In this document: piece by piece, positions 37,282 through 49,130 of the stretch
Layout: the number at the start of each line of letters is the position of its first letter
Position numbering within the stretch: position 1 is the stretch's first letter
Origin: Raja brachyura
Lineage: Eukaryota
Direction of reading: 5' to 3'
NCBI GenBank assembly: GCA_963514005.1
Contig: OY740800.1
Location: 24,862,001-24,926,000, forward strand
DNA length: 64,000 bases
Program-made: the position numbers and the translations under genes
Notes under the pieces: model-generated
The model's input: only the letters and a program-made list of their open reading frames with translations
Databases searched by the model: none
Told to the model about the DNA's origin: nothing

Positions 37282-38185
37282 GTTACACAAAAAGCTGGAG
37301 AAACTCAGCGGGTGCAGCAGCATCTAAAGAGCGAAGGAGATAGGCGACGTTTCGGGTCGAGACCCTTCTTCAGACTGGTCAGGGATCAGGGAAACGAGAG
37401 ATATAAACAGTGATGTGGAGAGATAAGGAACAATGAGTGAAAGATATGCAAAAAAGTATTGGTGACAAAGGAAGCAGGCCATTGTAAGCTGTTTGTGGTG
37501 TGAAAATGAGAAGCTAGTGCGACTGGGGAGGGGGGGGGGGGGGGAGATGGAGAAGGAATGTCAGGGCCAGAGGGCTGAGGGAGAGGTGGGGGGGAGGCAG
37601 TCTGGGTTAACAGAATTGAGAAAATTCAATGTTTAAGCCCAGAGGATGCAGACTCCCCAAGCGGAATATGAGGTGCTGTTCCTCCAACTTGCGGTGTTGA
37701 TCACTCTGGCCGTGGAGGAGGCCCAGGACCGAGAGGTCGGATACGCAGTGGGAGGGGGAGTTGAAGTGCTGAGCCACCGGGAGGTCGGGTTGGTTATTGC
37801 GGACCGAGCGGAGGTGTTCGGCGAAACGATTGCCCAGCCTCCGCTTGGTCTCACCGATGTAGATCAGCTGGCATCTGGAGCAACGGATGCAGTAGATGAG
37901 GTTGGAGGAGGTGCAGGTGAACTTCTGTCGGACTTGGAATGACTGCTTGGGTCCCTGAAAGGAGTGGATGGGGGAGGTGAAGGGACAAGTGTAGCATCTC
38001 TTGCGGTTGCAAGGGAAAGTGCCCGGGGAAGGAGTGGAGCGGGAAGGGAAGAATTGACGAGGGAGTTGCGGAGGGAGCGGTCTTTGCGGAAGGCAGACGG
38101 GGGGAGATGGGAAGATGTGGCGAGTGGAGGGGTCACGTTGGAGGTGACGAAACTGGCGGAGGACTATCTGTTGTATGCGCTGGCT
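37282..38185 (-). mobile_element. 5'-truncated Neptune-like Penelope retroelement (young)
   Basis: Endonuclease-coding region followed by 3' UTR and terminal repeat with an intact core ctgaagaagggtctcgacccgaaacgtcgcct (37342-37373). Confidence 0.9.
37607..38040 (-). pseudogene. GIY-YIG endonuclease domain of a Penelope-like element (frame intact, RT missing)
   Basis: PGTFPCNRKRCYTC linker, NLIYCIRCSRCQLIYIGETKRRLGNRFAEH, VAQHF and KLEEQHLIFRLGSLHPLGLN motifs. Confidence 0.92.
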
Positions 38186-38309
38186 GGTAACTGCTTGGGT
38201 CACCTCCTCGTTACAGCAGGGGGCAGTGGTGAGGCAAGTTAGAGCTGCAGTATGAAAAACAATGCCTGCTACGAGAGGGAGTATCATAGACAGAAAGACA
38301 CACCAAGTA

Positions 38310-38680
38310 AACAAGCCCTTTTTCTCCCATCTGTCTCCACCACTCCCCCCGCCTTTGTTCCCTTCCACCCATACCCTTCCCTCAACTTTACATTTTACTT
38401 CTCTCCTTATCTGACACCCTTTGTCTCTTTTTCACCTCCAGCCTTTGCCACTTGCTTCACCCATCTGCCAATCACCCCCTCCCCCCACTCACCTGTATCC
38501 ACCTATCACTTGCAGGCTTTTCCCCACATCACCTCTATTTTCCGGCTTTCTCCCCCCTACTCCATCAGTCTGAAGAAGGATCCCAACCCAAAATGTCACC
38601 TGTCCATTCCCTCCAAAGACACTGTCTGACCCGCTGAGTTCCCCCAGCACTTTGTGCTTTGCTCAGGATTCCAGCATCTC
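38310..38680 (+). mobile_element. Penelope terminal repeat, inverted relative to 37282-38185
   Basis: Pyrimidine-rich 3' UTR then cagtctgaagaaggatcccaacccaaaatgtcacct...ctgagttcccccagcactttgtg. Confidence 0.7.
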
Positions 38681-39611
38681 CTTTGGCCTATTGAGTCCGT
38701 GCTGACCTCACACACCCATTTACACTAAACCTAATTAATCTCACTTATTTTATTCTACCACGTTCCCATCAACTCCCCCCAGATTCCACCATTCACCAGT
38801 TAGAAGTCTGAAGAAGGATCTCAACCCAAATTATTCTCTAGAGATGTTACCTGACCCCGCCGAGTTACTCCAGCACTTTGTGTCATAGAACAGTACATCA
38901 GAGGAATAGGCCCTTTGGCCCACAATGTTTGTGCCAAACATGATGCCAAGTAAAACTAATTTCCTCTGCCTACACGTGATCCATTCCCTGCATATAAATG
39001 TGCCCATCCAAAAGAGTCTTTAATGCCTCTTTTGTGAGTGCGTTGGCAAAGGGAAGGTTGGCAGAATAAAATAGGTCGAGTGTAAGGGTGCAAGGTCAGT
39101 GCAGACTTGGTGGACTGTAAGGCCTGTTTACGGGCAGTATTGCTCTGTATCCTGATGCCGGCTACAGGACTTTTTTAGCTTGTTCCTGGCCTTCAATATC
39201 GCGACTTATAGCTAGTGATAATTTAACAATTCACTGATATATAAACGATAGAATCAAAACAGGTATGCATTTGCAAATCATGAAACCAAAAGCTAATTAT
39301 TGCACTTAAACAGGCCCTTCTGCCTAACTCGTCCATGCTGACCAAAATGCCCCATCCAAGTTAGTCCGATTCACCCACAATTGGGCCATATCTCTCTACA
39401 CCTTTCCGATCCATGTACCTGTACACCTGCATTCTAAATGTTGTTACAATACTGGCCTCAGTTACCCTCTATAGCACCAATACTTTAATGAAACTGGATG
39501 GAAACAAAATAATGTCATTGTATGTCTGCACACGTGATAATAAAGAACCATTGAACCATCATTCCAAATACCCATCACCCTCTCACCTTATCCCATGTCT
39601 CATCGTTCTTG

Positions 39612-39785
39612 GGTGGACAAAAGTGCTGGACAAACTCAGCGGGTGCAGCAGCATCTATGAAGCAAAGGAAATAGGCAACCTTTCGGGCCGAAAGCCTTCT
39701 TCAGGCTGATGCTGCCTCACCCGCCGAGTTTCTCCAGCACTTTTGCCTAACTTCGATTTTCCAGCATCTGCAGTTCATTCTTAAA
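39612..39785. mobile_element. Palindromic Penelope-terminal cassette inside a CR1 remnant
   Basis: Inverted arms; flanks tctcatcgttcttg / tctcctcgatcttg. Confidence 0.75.
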
Positions 39786-39817
39786 CATCTCCTCGATCTT
39801 GATTGCTCTGCCCTGTC

Positions 39818-39988
39818 ACAGTCAAGTCAAGTCACGTCACATTTATTTATATAACACATTTAAAAAACAACTCTCGATGGCCAAAGTGCCTCACATTTGT
39901 TATAAGAATAGTATAAACAAACAAACTACATACATATATGCATATAGCCCTCGCTCAGAGGACGTCAACAAAAGGCTTGGGAGTACAA
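39818..39988 (-). mobile_element. Probable L2 LINE 3' tail
   Basis: (caagt)n then catttatttatataacacatttaaaaaacaac...ccaaagtgc, resembling fish L2 tails. Confidence 0.5.
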
Positions 39989-39989
39989 T

Positions 39990-41237
39990 GGGTATAAGAC
40001 TGTGGGTTCTACCCTGGGTATAGGACTGTGGGTTCTACCCTGGGTATAAGACTGTGCGTTCTACCCTGGGTATAAGACTGTGGGTTCTACCCTGGGTATA
40101 AGACTGTGGGTTCTACCCTGGGTATAAGACTGTGGGTTCTACCCTGGGTATAGGACTGTGGGTTCTACCCTGGGTATAGGACTGTGGGTTCTACCCTGGG
40201 TATAGGACTGTGGGTTCTACCCTGGGTATAAGACTGTGGGTTCTACCCTGGGTATAGGACTGTGGGTTCTACCCTGGGTATAAGACTGTGGGTTCTACCC
40301 TGGGTATAAGACTGTGGGTTCTACCCTGGGTATAAGACTGTGGGTTCTACCCTGGGTATAGGACTGTGGGTTCTACCCTGGGTATAGGACTGTGGGTTCT
40401 ACCCTGGGTATAGGACTGTGGGTTCTACCCTGGGTATAAGACTGTGGGTTCTACCCTGGGTATAAGACTGTGGGTTCTACCCTGGGTATAGGACTGTGGG
40501 TTCTACCCTGGGTATAGGACTGTGGGTTCTACCCTGGGTATAGGACTGTGGGTTCTACCCTGGGTATAGGACTGTGGGTTCTACCCTGGGTATAAGACTG
40601 TGGGTTCTACCCTGGGTATAAGACTGTGGGTTCTACCCTGGGTATAGGACTGTGGGTTCTACCCTGGGTATAGGACTGTGGGTTCTACCCTGGGTATAGG
40701 ACTGTGGGTTCTACCCTGGGTATAAGACTGTGGGTTCTACCCTGGGTATAGGACTGTGGGTTCTACCCTGGGTATAAGACTGTGGGTTCTACCCTGGGTA
40801 TAGGACTGTGGGTTCTACCCTGGGTATAGGACTGTGGGTTCTACCCTGGGTATAAGACTGTGGGTTCTACCCTGGGTATAGGACTGTGGGTTCTACCCTG
40901 GGTATAGGACTGTGGGTTCTACCCTGGGTATAGGACCGTGGGTTCTACCCTGGGTATAAGACTGTGGGTTCTACCCTGGGTATAAGACCGTGGGTTCTAC
41001 CCTGGGTATAGGACCGTGGGTTCTACCCTGGGTATAAGACTGTGGGTTCTACCCTGGGTATAAGACTGTGGGTTCTACCCTGGGTATAAGACTGTGGGTT
41101 CTATCCTGGGTATAGGACTGTGGGTTCTACCCTGGGTATAGGACCGTGGGTTCTACCCTGGGTATAAGACTGTGGGTTCTACCCTGGGTATAAGACTGTG
41201 GGTTCTACCCTGGGTATAAGACTGTGGGTTCTACCCT
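39990..41237 (+). repeat. Minisatellite, 48 x 26 bp (GGGTATARGACTGTGGGTTCTACCCT)
   Basis: 1248 bp equals 48 units; A/G variant at unit position 8 and a few GACCG variants near the right end. Confidence 0.98.
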
Positions 41238-41239
41238 GT

Positions 41240-41378
41240 GCATTATTCCCCCAGTCTGTTCCTCTATCAGATCACCCCATCATCCTCCTGCGCTCCAAGT
41301 AACAAAGTCCTAGCCTCCACAAGCTCAGGCCCTCGAGTCCTGGCAACATCCTCGTGAATCTTCTCTGCCCCCTTTCCA
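41240..41378 (-). mobile_element. CR1 fragment abutting the promoter
   Basis: atcctcctgcgctccaag...gctcaggccctcgagtcctggcaacatcctcgtgaatcttctctgc, as in other CR1 copies. Confidence 0.85.
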
Positions 41379-41528
41379 CACGAAGGCGTCAAACCTGGCA
41401 ACCAGCTCAGCCGATGCAGCTGTCGGGGATCGACTGTGCGTGCCGGCGTGGGTGGATGGCGCCGGGGCTCGGGGATGGACTGGTCGCGCCTGGAGTGCGG
41501 CGGCCGGAGCTCCCCCCCGCGGCCCACA

Positions 41529-41546
41529 ATGCAGCGCGGCGGCTGA
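41529..41546 (+). promoter_or_regulatory. Upstream ORF MQRGG*, out of frame with the main CDS
   Basis: ACA ATG CAG CGC GGC GGC TGA ends 2 nt before the main ATG at 41549. Confidence 0.55.
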
Positions 41547-41548
41547 AG

Positions 41549-41614
41549 ATGGCGGAGCGTCACCGGGAGGAGCTGGACAAGGAGGCGGGCTGCGGCCCGT
41601 TGCTGCACACCGAG
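41549..41614 (+). CDS. ZDHHC17: Palmitoyltransferase ZDHHC17 (HIP14), coding exon 1
   Basis: MAERHREELDKEAGCGPLLHTE aligns with the human N-terminus as recalled (K-MADGPDEYDTEAGCVPLLHPE); strong Kozak AAGATGG and phase-0 donor GAG/GTGAGG; exon 2 not seen in the window. Confidence 0.88.
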
Positions 41615-41744
41615 GTGAGGCCGCCCCTCTCTCCCCCCCCCCCCTGCGGGAGCTGCACCGTGCACCCTGGACAAGGAGCGGGCTGGAGGGCGACGGGGCC
41701 CGCCCCATCCTTTATGTTCCGACCTCCCGTTGGGACGGGTTCAT

Positions 41745-42380
41745 TCCCCCCTTCCCTCCATCTCTTCCTTTCTCCCTCCATCCATCAAACCCCCCCCCCT
41801 CCTCATCCCCACCCTATTGGCCTCATCCCCCTCCTCCCTCCCCCTTCCCCCCTCCTCCCTCCCCATCCCCATCCCCCTTGCTCCTCATTCTCCTCCCTCC
41901 CCCTTCCTCCTCATCCCCCCTTCTCACCCCCCCTTCTTCTCATCCCTCCTCCTCCTCATCACCCCTCCTCACCCCCATCTTCTCCCTCCTCATCCCCCCC
42001 TTCTCCCTCATCCCCCCTCCATCGCTTCCCTGGATTTTTTCATCGCCCCACTCTGTCATCCCTCCTTCATCATGCCCTCTCTTTCCTCCCCCCCAGCCCT
42101 TCGTTCTCCATCGTCATCACCCACTTTCCCCCATTCCACACCACTCACACTCACACTCTCCCTCATCCCTCCCCTTCCCATCCTCTCACCCCCCTCTGTT
42201 ATCCCCCTCCATCATGCCCTCTCTTCCTCACCCCCCTCATCCCCACCCCCGTCATCCCCTCATCCTGCAACCTCCTGATCTCTGCCTCCCTCCCTCACAC
42301 ATCATCCATCCTATTCCATACCACACACCCTCTCCAACATCCCTCCTTCACCCTCCCCTGCTCCCTCATTCCCCCTTCTG
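41745..42380 (+). repeat. C/T-rich low-complexity tract at the start of intron 1
   Basis: (cctcatccc)-type degenerate repeats, the source of long Pro/Ser ORFs. Confidence 0.9.
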
Positions 42381-42606
42381 ATGGAGGCACTCCAAAGGTG
42401 CTGTTGGTCTGGGCATTTAGGATTTTGATGTAGTGACAACGGAGAAACAGCCACATATTTTCAAGATGGTTCCTAAGTGTTGTGTTAAAATAAGAAAGCT
42501 GACTGGTGAATGAAAAAGTCTCGGTAGCTTTCAGTGAGTTCCAGATTCCCATTACCACCGTGACATGTTTCCCAACATGCTCTCAACCTGACACTCCCTG
42601 CTTTGT

Positions 42607-42809
42607 AGGCACAAAATGCTGAAGTAACTCAGCGGGACAGGCAGCATCTCTGGAGAGAAGGAATGGATGACGTTTCGGTGAGCCTGAGAAAGGGTCTCAA
42701 CACGACACGTCACGCATTCCTTCTCTCCAGAGATGCTGCCTGTCCCGCTGAGTTACTCCAGCATTTTGTGTCTACCTTCGATTTAAAACAGCATCTGCAG
42801 TTCTTTCCT
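42607..42809. mobile_element. Palindromic Penelope-terminal cassette with 16-bp TSD
   Basis: ACACTCCCTGCTTTGT at 42591-42606 and 42810-42825; inverted arms. Confidence 0.85.
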
Positions 42810-44859
42810 ACACTCCCTGCTTTGTGTTCTTTCCAGGGAAAGTTGTGATACTTTACAACTTGTGATAATGCTTGCTTAACATTTTGCATGTGATGTGCTC
42901 TCCATTTGGAAATAAGTACGTTGAAAGATTCCAGACTTAACTGTACTTTAATGTATTCAAGTTTTGACAGAATATGATGAACTGATAAGAATGTGACAAT
43001 TTATTTCCCTCTTATCTTAACCTTAAATTCTGTTTCTTAGATTGTATTACAAAATTCACCAAAAGAAAACTTGAAATTGTTAGATAAAAGTGTTATTTGG
43101 CTGCCCTCTGAAATTTGTGCAGACTAAATTTGAAATGGACGCTGGAGAATATGTTTTTAAAATTACTGGAAGATTTGGTCATACTAATAAACTCTTATGC
43201 AAATCCTGTGGGACAACTTAAACTGGTATTTAATTCTTGGCTGACAGTCAGTTTAATTTGGTGTTATTGAAGATGATGTAAGACCTCAATGATGTAATAC
43301 AGAGTTTGTGAAATACGGAGTTTGTGTAACTCCCATGATAACCTTCCTTGGTGAAATCAATTGGTGTGCAAAGCATTGTTTAAAAAAAATTAAATACTGG
43401 TTGTGGGCTCATTGACAGGGCCAATGTTTATTAAACCGTCCTTGGTTTAGAAAGGAGATGGGGAGGAATTTCTTCAGCCAGAAGACGGCGAATCTGCGGA
43501 ATTCATTGCCACGGCTGCGGAGGCCGTGTCATTGGATAAAGTAGAGATTGCTAGGTTCTTGATTAGTAAGTGGGTTTAGTAAAAGGTTACTGGGAGGAGG
43601 CAGCAGAATGGGGCTGAGAGGGAAAAATAGATCAGCCATAATCAAATGGGACAAATCACCTATTTCTGCTCCTGTGTTTTATGGTCTTGCCCATGAAGTC
43701 CAAATCTCAGAACAACTGTGCCATTAGGTGAACATATGTGAATTCTAGTTAAACATGGAAGAATCTATAGTGGACAACTGTAGCTCTCCTCGTTTGAATC
43801 TGGGCAAATTGGAAAGGGATAAATAGTGATCAGCCATTGATAATTATTGTCCTTGAATCATCTTGTCTATCATTGGTCCATTGGTTCTTTATTGTCACAT
43901 ATACCAAATTGGAGTGAAATTCTTTTTTGGCATACAGATCAGTAAGGTTATTGCCACACATAAGTAAAATCCCCAGTTAAGTCCAGATTGCGTAGAAACA
44001 GCCCACTGAGTCCATATGCAAGAGTCACCAGGTTTTGGCTCCATTTTCAAAGTCCCAGCTGCAGCTAGCCATAAAGGCCTGTTGCAGCCCTCACCTCCAT
44101 CCGGTCGTCCCGTGAACCATCGTCATTCTCCTCGCCCGGCAACCTTCACCCTTTTTGCAGTGACATTGAGGGCCGGAAGGTAAGAGCCCCGGTTCTTCTT
44201 ATCGGCCCTATGTCCAGCATCTGCCACCGTCTATTTTAATTACCAAAGGGCTGAAGTGTGGTGGGAACACAACCTTTAGTGCAAAACTGCCCAGTCAAAA
44301 AAGAAAGCAAAAATAAACTTTGAAATAGTGGCCATCAGCAATATGAAATCAAAGCACTCCTATCAGGCCCTCAGCCATGGTTACAAGTTGTTTCTTTCAC
44401 TACGTTGTCATCTGTATATGGCATTGAAGGGCTGTGTTGGAAACATTGTTTTCTTGCAGACTTTTGATCTGCACTGAAAACTGTTACTGAAGTTATCTCT
44501 GAGAGTTGTCTGAAGCAAACCCAAAATTGCACAATAAATCGGCTCAGAAATTGGATTTTAATGCAGTTTACCTTAGACTTTAAAGATACAACGTGGACCA
44601 CCAAGTCTGCGCCGACCAGCGATGACCCCATACACTAGCACTATCTTACACACTGGGAACAATTTACAATTTTTATCGAACAAATCTCTCCTTTTTAAAA
44701 TAATTTAGCAATGGTACAAGACTCAAAATTGCATTTGTAGGAGAATTTTCTAAATTGGCTCTTATCTTACACTAAATATCAAATATATCACGCAGCCTCT
44801 CTGGCCTTTCTATTGCTTGCAATGGACAGAAAGTTCATTAAGGGAATGGGAAGGGGAGT

Positions 44860-45500
44860 TAAAATGAAGCTGAAAAGTGGTATTTGAGGAGGAGGTGGCT
44901 ACGTACATGAATTGCCAAGTCAGAGAAGGCTATAGACCTACAGTGTTGATATTGATAAGTACAGCATGGACATGGTGAGCCAAAGCATCTTTTTTCACAG
45001 AAAGCATAGAAAAATAGGTGCAGGAGTAGGCCATTCGGCCCATCGAAGATCTTTCAAAGCCTTCCAAAAGATCAGTCAAATTTGATTTTTTTTACCTAAA
45101 TCCCATATTGACTCGTAATCAATTGATCTGAGGGACTTGCTCGAAGTATATAAAATTACGAGAGGCATAGATAAAGTCGACAATTAGAAACTTTTCCCCA
45201 ATGTAGAAATGTGAATGGCTAGTGAGCATGGCTTTAAGGAGAGAGGGACAACGTTTAAAAGAGACGTGCGGGATAAGTTTTCTTTAAACAGAAGTTAGTT
45301 GGTGCATGGAATGCGCTGCCAGGGGTGGTGGCGGAAGCAGATAGGATTGATAGGTTTAAGAGGCTTTTAGATAGGTACATGGGAATGCAGGGAATGGAGG
45401 GATATGGATCATGCAGGCAGGGGGATTAGTTGAATTTAGCATGTTCAGCACATACATTGAGGGCTGAAGGGCCTAGTTCTGTGCTGTACTTTTCTGTTTA
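44860..45500 (+). mobile_element. Cluster of CR1 3' fragments
   Basis: RDLLEVYKITRGIDKVD-type remnant and CR1 tails. Confidence 0.7.
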
Positions 45501-46129
45501 AATATGCTACCTTCTCAGGATCTTGTATCATCTCCTTTTTGGAAATTCCAGCTTTTCCCTTGCTAACATAATCTGCGAAAAGCTTGGTTGTTCCTTGTAT
45601 TCTCTCAACTTATTTTCTTAAATAGAGCGGTCATATTTGATACTCTAATCAGCAGGAACAAATCCGGACTTTACAGAATTTTTGCAGGATGCTAACCAGA
45701 GCAGATATTATATGTAGAGTGATTTTCAGCATTGAAAACGTACTTTATGGTATTTCTTTTGGAATCCTCTCTTCTACCGTCTCATTTTCACTTGATCCTC
45801 GGTTATCTATCATTTCTGGAAGTTTTTTTATTTCTGTGAAGTCAGATACTAAATATACATTTCATTCCTCTGCTATTTATTTATTATGCCTCATAACTAA
45901 TCTCATCTCTGTAACGGTGTGTTTGCTGCTATTAGTCATTTCTGCTTGCCCATGGAAGCTCTTACAATCTGTTTATGTCTCATTAATTTACTCGCTTATT
46001 GTGTTTCCATTTATCAATTTTCTGCTCACCCTTTGAGTTCGAAAGTGCCCCTAATTTTTGGGGCAGCCTTCCCCCATAAGTCTTTGCCTTAGATGTAATA
46101 CTACTATAAATGTAATACTACTATAAATT

Positions 46130-46595
46130 TCATTTACGAGGATGTTGCCAGGACTAGAGGATGTGAGCTATAGGGAGAGGTTGAGTAGGCTGGATCTCTA
46201 ATCCTAGGAGCGCAGGAGGTTGAGGGTTGATCTTATAGAGGTGTACAAAATCATGAGAGGGATAGATCGGGTAGATGCACAGAGTCTCTTGCCCAGAGTA
46301 GGGGAATCGAGGATCAGAGGACATGGGTTCATGGTGAAGGGGAAAAGATTTTACAGGAATCCGGGGTAACGTTTTCACACAAAGGGTGGTGTGTGTATGG
46401 AACAAGCTGCCGGAGGAGTTAGTTGAGGCTGGGACTATCCCATCATTTAAGAAACAGTTAGACAGGTACATGGATCGTACAGGTTTTGAGGGACATTGGA
46501 CCAAGCGCAGGCAGGTGGGACAAGTGTAGCTGGGCATTGTTGGCCGGCGTTGGGCTGATGGGCCTATATCCACACTATATCACTCAATGACTCTA
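46130..46595 (+). mobile_element. CR1 3' end
   Basis: tttacgaggatgttgccaggactagagg...atcttatagaggtgtacaaaatcatgagagg...tail. Confidence 0.9.
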
Positions 46596-47049
46596 TCTGC
46601 AATCCATTGTAGAACAACTTTTCCTGGTGTGTTTTTGTGCTTTAAAATAATTTATATTGATTAATAAGTATATATTAATTTGTCAAATAATCACTGTCGG
46701 CTGCCCTCTTAGACTTTTATGTAATTTTCCATAATTATTGCTTAAACCTTTGTTTAAATTGAAAATATGTTTCATACTTAAAGTTCTGTTATATTATGAT
46801 CTTGTTCCTTAATGACAAGATTATTAATTAATCCTTTCTGTTTTCTATTCATCATCAATGCACTAATCCACTATTTTGCCTTGGGCACATTCCAAACGTT
46901 TGTCTTCCACAATGCTCACCCTAAACTGATTTGCCCCATTCTAAACCAGATTTCCTCTTCTGGATGTCTTTGTTACCAGTGGTTAGTTGTTTTTAAAGTT
47001 CTACAAGATTTACAGAACTTCAAATTCACTGCTATCATTCATGAGATTA

Positions 47050-47255
47050 GACACAAAATGCTGGAGTAACTCAGCAGGACAGACAGCATCTCTAGTGAGA
47101 AGGAATGGGTGACATTTCAGATCGAGACCCTTTTTTTAGACTCACTGAAACGTCACCCATTCCTTCTCTCCAGAGATGATGTCTATCCCGCTGAGTTAAT
47201 TCAACATTTTGTGCCTATCTTCGGTGTTAACCAGCATCTGCAGTTCCTTCCTACG
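47050..47255. mobile_element. Palindromic Penelope-terminal cassette with 14-bp TSD
   Basis: CATTCATGAGATTA (47036-47049) / CATTCAGGAGATTA (47256-47269). Confidence 0.82.
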
Positions 47256-48299
47256 CATTCAGGAGATTATATTGTTGGTGGAAATCGCTCGATTGCTTAT
47301 CTGTTAACCACTCCTTTGTTGACTTCAATCTGGCTAGTCCCAGATGCAACAAACGCTCTTATTCCCACTTTCGATATGAATAACACTGATTTGAATTATT
47401 TCCTGGAAAAGAGTGCTGTTAAGTATTGACTTAAAACCAGCAATGACGAAAGAATAGTAAAATATTTCTACCTTGACTTGATAAGGGTCTTTATGGAAGA
47501 TGACTTTATCCATACACCTCGTGGCCTTGACTATTCATGTCATGGTTAACAGAGATTTGGAAATTACTGTTGAAGACATCTTGGTAATTTACAGGTGTGT
47601 ATCATTGACAAATGCTGAGCCCAATTCACAATGAAGCTACAATGTGCTGGTGACAGGAAATGAATGCTGGGGGGGGGGTTAGTTCATATTCAGTGTGCTT
47701 AGCATTTGTAGAAATCGTAGTTACAATGGTTCATTGGTACATTATTGTCACATTTACCCAAGTACAGTGAAATTCCTTTTTTGCATACAGTTCAGTAAAA
47801 AATCTTACAGGCACAAGGCACAATCATACTTAAGTATCAGAGTCTAATGTTGTTAACAATGTTGGGTCTTAACTTTGCCTGGCTGCTCCACTGAATTGAA
47901 ACCAGTCTATATCTGGAAGGACAAAAGTGTGGCACACATTGATAATAATAATATGTTACTACACTGTGAAGCTGCAATGTAGAACAAAGGCTGTCATCTG
48001 CGAATCAAGATGAAACATGTTGATGTAGCATTATGAGAGCTTTGACTATCTTGTCATTCTCTGAAATGTGTTGCATTTTGCTGGGATGGTTTGACGTTGG
48101 CCTGTAACGTCAGTGCTTGGAACTACACGGGCTCCTTGGTTACTAATGACCTGATTTGCAGAAATATAACTTTATGTAAATTCTACCATACATTTCCAAA
48201 GTATTTTTTAAGTTGATGATAAAATATTTCATGGTATTCATTAATAATTGCAGGATGTATATAGCTTTGTTCTCTTGACATTCTGTCTGACCTACTGCG

Positions 48300-48585
48300 A
48301 CTTTAGAGATACAGCGTGGAAACAGGCCCTTCAGCCCATCGCGTCTGCACCAAACAACGATCACTCCTGTATACTGGCACAATTCTACAAACTAGGGACA
48401 ATCATAATTTTTGCTAAAGCCAATTAACCTACAAACCTGCACGTCTTTGGAAACCAGTGCACCCAGAGAAAACCCACAGCGTCACAGGAAAAACGTACAC
48501 ACTCTGTACAGACAACACCCATAATCAGGAACGAACCCGAGTCCCTGGCGCTGTAAAGCAGCAACTTTACCGCTGCACCACTGTC
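48300..48585 (-). mobile_element. HE1-like V-SINE
   Basis: Head, core and tail on the minus strand. Confidence 0.85.
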
Positions 48586-48854
48586 TCTTCCAATGTTTAT
48601 CCAGTGCCCTCCATAATGTTTGGGACAAAGACCCATCATTTATTTATTTGCCTCTTATTCTACAATTTGAGATTTGTAATAGAAAAAATCACATGTGGTT
48701 AAAGTGCACATTGTCAGCTTTTATTAAAGGCCATTTTTATACATTTTGGTTTCACCATGTAGAAATGACAGCTGTGTCTATACATTGTCCCCCCATTTCA
48801 GGGCACCATAATGTTTGGGACATGGCAATGTCATGTAAATGAAAGTAGTCCTGT

Positions 48855-49130
48855 TTAGTATTTTGTATCCTTTGCAAACAATGATTGCTTGAAGTCTGCG
48901 ATTCTTGGACATCACCAGTTGCTGGGTGTCTTCTCTGATGATGCTCTGCCAGGCCTGTATTGCAGCCATCTTTAGCTTATGCTTGTTTTGGGGGTAGTAC
49001 CCTTCAGTTTTCTCTTCAGGATATAAAAGGCATGCTCAATTGGGTTCAGATCGGGTGATTGACTTGGCCACTCAAGAATTGACCATTTTATACCTTTGAA
49101 AAACTCCTTTGTTGTTTAGCAGTATGATGA
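48855..49130 (-). pseudogene. Tc1 transposase, C-terminal part
   Basis: LEWPSQSPDLNPIEH..LKRK and LVMSKNRRLQAIIVCKGY motifs. Confidence 0.92.

Larger units (their letters stand above)
41380..41745 (+). promoter_or_regulatory. ZDHHC17: CpG-rich promoter/exon 1 region of ZDHHC17
   Basis: Abrupt CpG-dense, GC-rich patch surrounding the start codon and first donor. Confidence 0.75.

Noticed and set aside
39990-41237. CRISPR-like regular array
   Set aside because: Head-to-tail units with no unique spacers, no cas genes, and a eukaryotic context
41354-42433. 359-aa and 313-aa Pro/Ser-rich ORFs
   Set aside because: Only 22 codons are ZDHHC17 exon 1; the rest is read-through of the CpG island and C-rich low-complexity intron
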